15,320 nucleotides of DNA from an uncultured Clostridia bacterium (GTDB lineage: Bacteria; Bacillota; Clostridia; TANB77; RGIG9151): positions 1 through 15,320 of the forward strand of contig CAKSUD010000037.1 in NCBI GenBank assembly GCA_934500865.1. Direction: 5' to 3'. The translations under genes and the position numbers were made by a program. This document shows, piece after piece, positions 15,063-15,320 of the stretch. The notes under the pieces are model-generated. The model saw only the letters and a program-made list of their open reading frames with translations, did not search any database and was not told the DNA's origin. How positions within the stretch are numbered: the stretch's first letter is position 1; every line of letters starts with the position of its first letter.

Positions 15063-15320
15063 ATGGGAAAACTAATTGAAGGACTTTGGGATTGCAGGTA
15101 TTGTGATACTAAAGGTATTCTTGGAAGATACCGCGAATGTCCGAATTGTGGTAAGGCTAGAGATGGAGACACAAAGTTTTATATGCCACAAAAACATTCA
15201 TATGTAGAGGAAGATAAGGCAAAGAAAATTAATAGAAATCCCGATTGGGTTTGCAATTACTGCGGAGAACAATTAAATTCGGATAATGATAAGTTCTGCA
15301 AGTCTTGTGGAGCTCCAAGG
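15063..15320 (+). CDS. Double zinc-ribbon protein, 3'-truncated by the window edge
   Basis: This ORF is not in the ORF track because it runs off the end of the window. ATG 15063 lies 5 nt after GGAGG (15053-15057) and is followed by 86 open codons: MGKLIEGLWDCRYCDTKGILGRYRECPNCGKARDGDTKFYMPQKHSYVEEDKAKKINRNPDWVCNYCGEQLNSDNDKFCKSCGAPR. It contains two CxxC-x11-CxxC units. Confidence 0.6.
   Translation, partial: MGKLIEGLWDCRYCDTKGILGRYRECPNCGKARDGDTKFYMPQKHSYVEEDKAKKINRNPDWVCNYCGEQLNSDNDKFCKSCGAPR

Noticed and set aside
1-15320. CRISPR arrays, IS elements, tRNA or rRNA genes
   Set aside because: No spaced direct repeats, no terminal inverted repeats flanking a transposase-like ORF, and no cloverleaf or rRNA-like sequences were seen. 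The tmRNA is the only structured RNA gene I can support.

Overview
This is a visibly AT-rich, Firmicutes-type chromosomal segment, and the gene content fits a Clostridia/Tissierellia-like anaerobe. It is mostly housekeeping and envelope genes. I see no transposase, integrase, CRISPR array or recognisable toxin or defence module. Left to right: a 5'-truncated membrane-protein ORF and a small secreted protein; a YycH(WalH)-like and YycI(WalI)-like pair; a counter-oriented AbrB-type regulator; an NfeD-SPFH (stomatin-like) operon; then a tightly packed unit of a lone spoIIIAA homologue, an acyl-CoA synthetase and a TGS/uridine-kinase-family gene that is split by one in-frame TAA. Next come a counter-oriented secreted Ig-like/class-A-beta-lactamase-fold serine hydrolase with a 48-bp tandem repeat, smpB plus tmRNA (ssrA), trpS behind a perfect sigma-A promoter with no T-box, a DUF362 protein, and an SOS-box-controlled Y-family DNA polymerase. 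The window ends with the 5' end of a double zinc-ribbon protein. I cannot point to a convincing undescribed multi-gene system. The items most worth follow-up are the orphan spoIIIAA unit, the interrupted kinase gene, the secreted beta-lactamase-fold protein and the YycH/YycI-like cluster. All functional calls come from reading the translations by eye against remembered family motifs; no searches were run.
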